Both the position numbers and the translations under genes were made by a program. Shown here piece after piece: positions 22,351-24,645 of a DNA stretch of 24,645 nucleotides (the first letter of the stretch is position 1; each line of letters begins with the position of its first letter). The DNA is from Tubiluchus corallicola (taxonomy: Eukaryota > Animalia > Priapulida). The DNA lies in assembly GCA_030141605.1 (NCBI GenBank), contig JAQGDQ010001810.1, positions 1-24,645 of the forward strand, written 5' to 3'. The notes beneath the pieces are model-generated. The model was not told where the DNA came from, did not search any database, and saw nothing but the letters and a program-made list of their open reading frames with translations.

Positions 22351-22976
22351 CAGTAAACTGCATATACCTAGAACACGTCTGCCGGAAAATTTGTTCAAGT
22401 TGTGTGACGTTACGAGTTCGACAGTGTTCGTTAGAAAACAAGATTGAGTCACTCATCAGTGTTCGACAATACACTAGTAACACTACATCCTGTGAACGTA
22501 AAAAACTGAGCTTTTAATCAAATACCAATCAACAATTTTTATGAATAATCGAACGGTAAAATGACTGGTCCACCTCTAGTGTGAGCAGCATGGTTAATAG
22601 AATTCGGCAATAATAAGATTGTGATCTACAATTCTACATTAAACAATGTTTGTTAAGCCATGTTGTGCGTAGTTCTGCTAAGGCAATACAAGAAATCTTA
22701 GCAGCTTTGTTGAAATTAGCAGTTAAAGTCGTAATGTCATGCACACTTTCGCATAGAATTTTTTGCTTGGGAAGTTATTTGAAACAGGCGATGTAATTTC
22801 AGTTAGATTCTAAAAAAATTTTCCGGAAATTCGGTTTGAGTTACGTGATAATTTGAGATACAGATTTTGAGTTACGCGATGTTTGTTAAAGAGAAAAATG
22901 AAAGGAAAAATCCCTTCCAGGAGATCTGTTCAACATAATTCAAGTTATAACAGGTCGAGTTATAAATAGTTTACTG
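22351..22976. mobile_element. pogo/Tc1-mariner-like MITE, 626 bp (diverged)
   Basis: TA|CAGTAAACTGCATATACCTAGAAC ... GGTCGAGTTATAAATAGTTTACTG|TA, with subterminal GAGTTA repeats. Confidence 0.65.
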
Positions 22977-23225
22977 TATTACTGATGTTAGATGTGATAT
23001 AGTTTGCAGTTTTACTTGCAGTGTTATTAGGTTTAGAAATATGTGTATAATTAACATAAATTCGGCTACCCGAATAATGGATTCAGGTGTTACATTCCGT
23101 TAATGCATTTATTTATTTACTGTGTCAAATATTCCTGTATATTAATGATATTCATGATTGTTTACAGTCAGTAAGTTCAGTACAACAGATTGTGTGTGAG
23201 ACCATCAGCTGTTTACTTGATAGTC

Positions 23226-23450
23226 CTGTGGCAGCTCATAGTTAAAATTACCGGGGGTGCTGCTTCAGATATTTTTTTGCCATTGTTTTAATATTGTTGA
23301 AAACGAAACAAACATACGTGATTTTAATGTTGTAATTGTAATTTTAAGCAAACAAACATACGAAAATTTATACACAAACTTGATAAAATTGTAGGCAGAA
23401 AATGATTTTCACTTACTGACAGCCTAAATTGTTACAGTTCGTGCTTGATC
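23226..23450 (-). mobile_element. Right half of the same hAT-like MITE family, inverted
   Basis: CTGTGGCAGCTCATAG...GACAGCCTAAATTG is a diverged reverse complement of 9590-9800. Confidence 0.72.
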
Positions 23451-23537
23451 CATTCGTTTTAAAACGAAATCCATTCCTCTTTTCTTACTTTGTGCAAAAA
23501 AGATTAATAATTTTCTCCTTGACCTCTGGATGACTGT

Positions 23538-24645
23538 TACCTTACACTTGCGCAACTCTTTACCTTACACTTGCACAACTCTTTAGCTTACACTTGCACA
23601 ACTCTTTACCTTACACTTGCACAACTCTACCTTACACTTGCACAACTCTACCTTACACTTGCACAACTCTTTACCTTACACTTGCGCAACTCTTTACCTT
23701 ACACTTGCACAACTCTTTAGCTTACACTTGCACAACTCTACCTTACACTTGCACAACTCTTTACCTTACACTTGCACAACTCCTTACCTTACACTTGCAC
23801 AACTCTTTACCTTACACTTGCGCAACTCTACCTTACACTTGCACAACTTTTTACCTTACACTTGCACAACTCTTTACCTTACACTTGGACAACTCTTTAC
23901 CTTACACTTGCCAACTTACCTTACACTTGCACAACTCTTTACCTTACACTTGCGCAACTCTACCTTACACTTGCACAACTTTTTTTTTTTGCACAACTTT
24001 ACCTTACACTTGCACAACTCTTTACCTTACACTTGCACAACTCTACCTTACACTTGCACAACTCTTTACCTTACACTTGCACAATTCTACCTTACACTTG
24101 CACAACTCTTTACCTTACACTTGCACAACTCTTTACCTTGCACTTGCACAACTCTACCTTACACTTGCACAACTCTTTACCTTACACTTGCGCAACTCTA
24201 CCTTACACTTGCACAACTTTACCTTACACTTGCACAACTCTTTACCTTACACTTGCACAACTCTACCTTACACTTGCACAACTCTTTACCTTACACTTGC
24301 ACAATTCTACCTTACACTTGCACAACTCTTTACCTTACACTTGCACAACTCTTTACCTTGCACTTGCACAACTCTACCTTACACTTGCACAACTCTTTAC
24401 CTTACACTTGCGCAACTCTACCTTACACTTGCACAACTTTACCTTACACTTGCACAACTCTTTACCTTACACTTGCACAACTCTACCTTACACTTGCACA
24501 ACTCTTTACCTTACACTTGCACAATTCTACCTTACACTTGCACAACTCTTTACCTTACACTTGCACAACTCTTTACCTTGCACTTGCACAACTCTACCTT
24601 ACACTTGCACAACTCTTTACCTTACACTTGCGCAACTCTACCTTA
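23538..24645 (+). repeat. 21/23-bp minisatellite (ACCTTACACTTGCACAACTCT[TT]), about 50 copies, with a 220-bp higher-order repeat; runs off the window end
   Basis: Diagnostic variants recur every 220 bp (ACAATTCTAC at 24081/24301/24521; CGCAACTCTA at 24191/24411/24631). Confidence 0.96.

Noticed and set aside
21947-22483. 178-aa and overlapping minus-strand ORFs
   Set aside because: Built from the 21/23-bp array and MITE sequence; not FAM76 exon 2.
23538-24645. Telomere at the window end
   Set aside because: The unit is not TTAGGG/TTAGG-like, the C-rich strand faces the wrong way for a right-hand end, and the same repeat occurs internally at 22064-22310.

Overview
AT-rich, repeat-dense animal (probably invertebrate) nuclear DNA, not prokaryotic. 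Genes: (1) five coding exons of an importin-alpha of the alpha1/KPNA1-5-6 clade on the minus strand (9250->3315, all GT-AG introns, phases consistent, about 263 aa covering the IBB domain and roughly the first four ARM repeats). (2) An intronless 143-aa ORF for a probably secreted or membrane-anchored Cys-framed protein (12044-12475, minus). (3) The first coding exon of a FAM76 gene (14557-14637, plus), which the ORF track misses. The most striking structure is a >=2.4-kb slightly diverged inverted duplication (1-2383 vs ~5744-8136). It puts an antisense copy of importin-alpha exon 2 and its flanking introns directly downstream of exon 5, joined where two unrelated minisatellites meet; no further importin exons are visible. 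The rest is hAT and pogo/Tc1-type MITEs with recognisable TIRs and TSDs, a tRNA-derived SINE, LINE remnants, a head-to-tail Helitron-like pair with a degenerate internal 3' end, and many minisatellites, one with a 220-bp higher-order repeat. All calls are by eye, without alignment or database searches.
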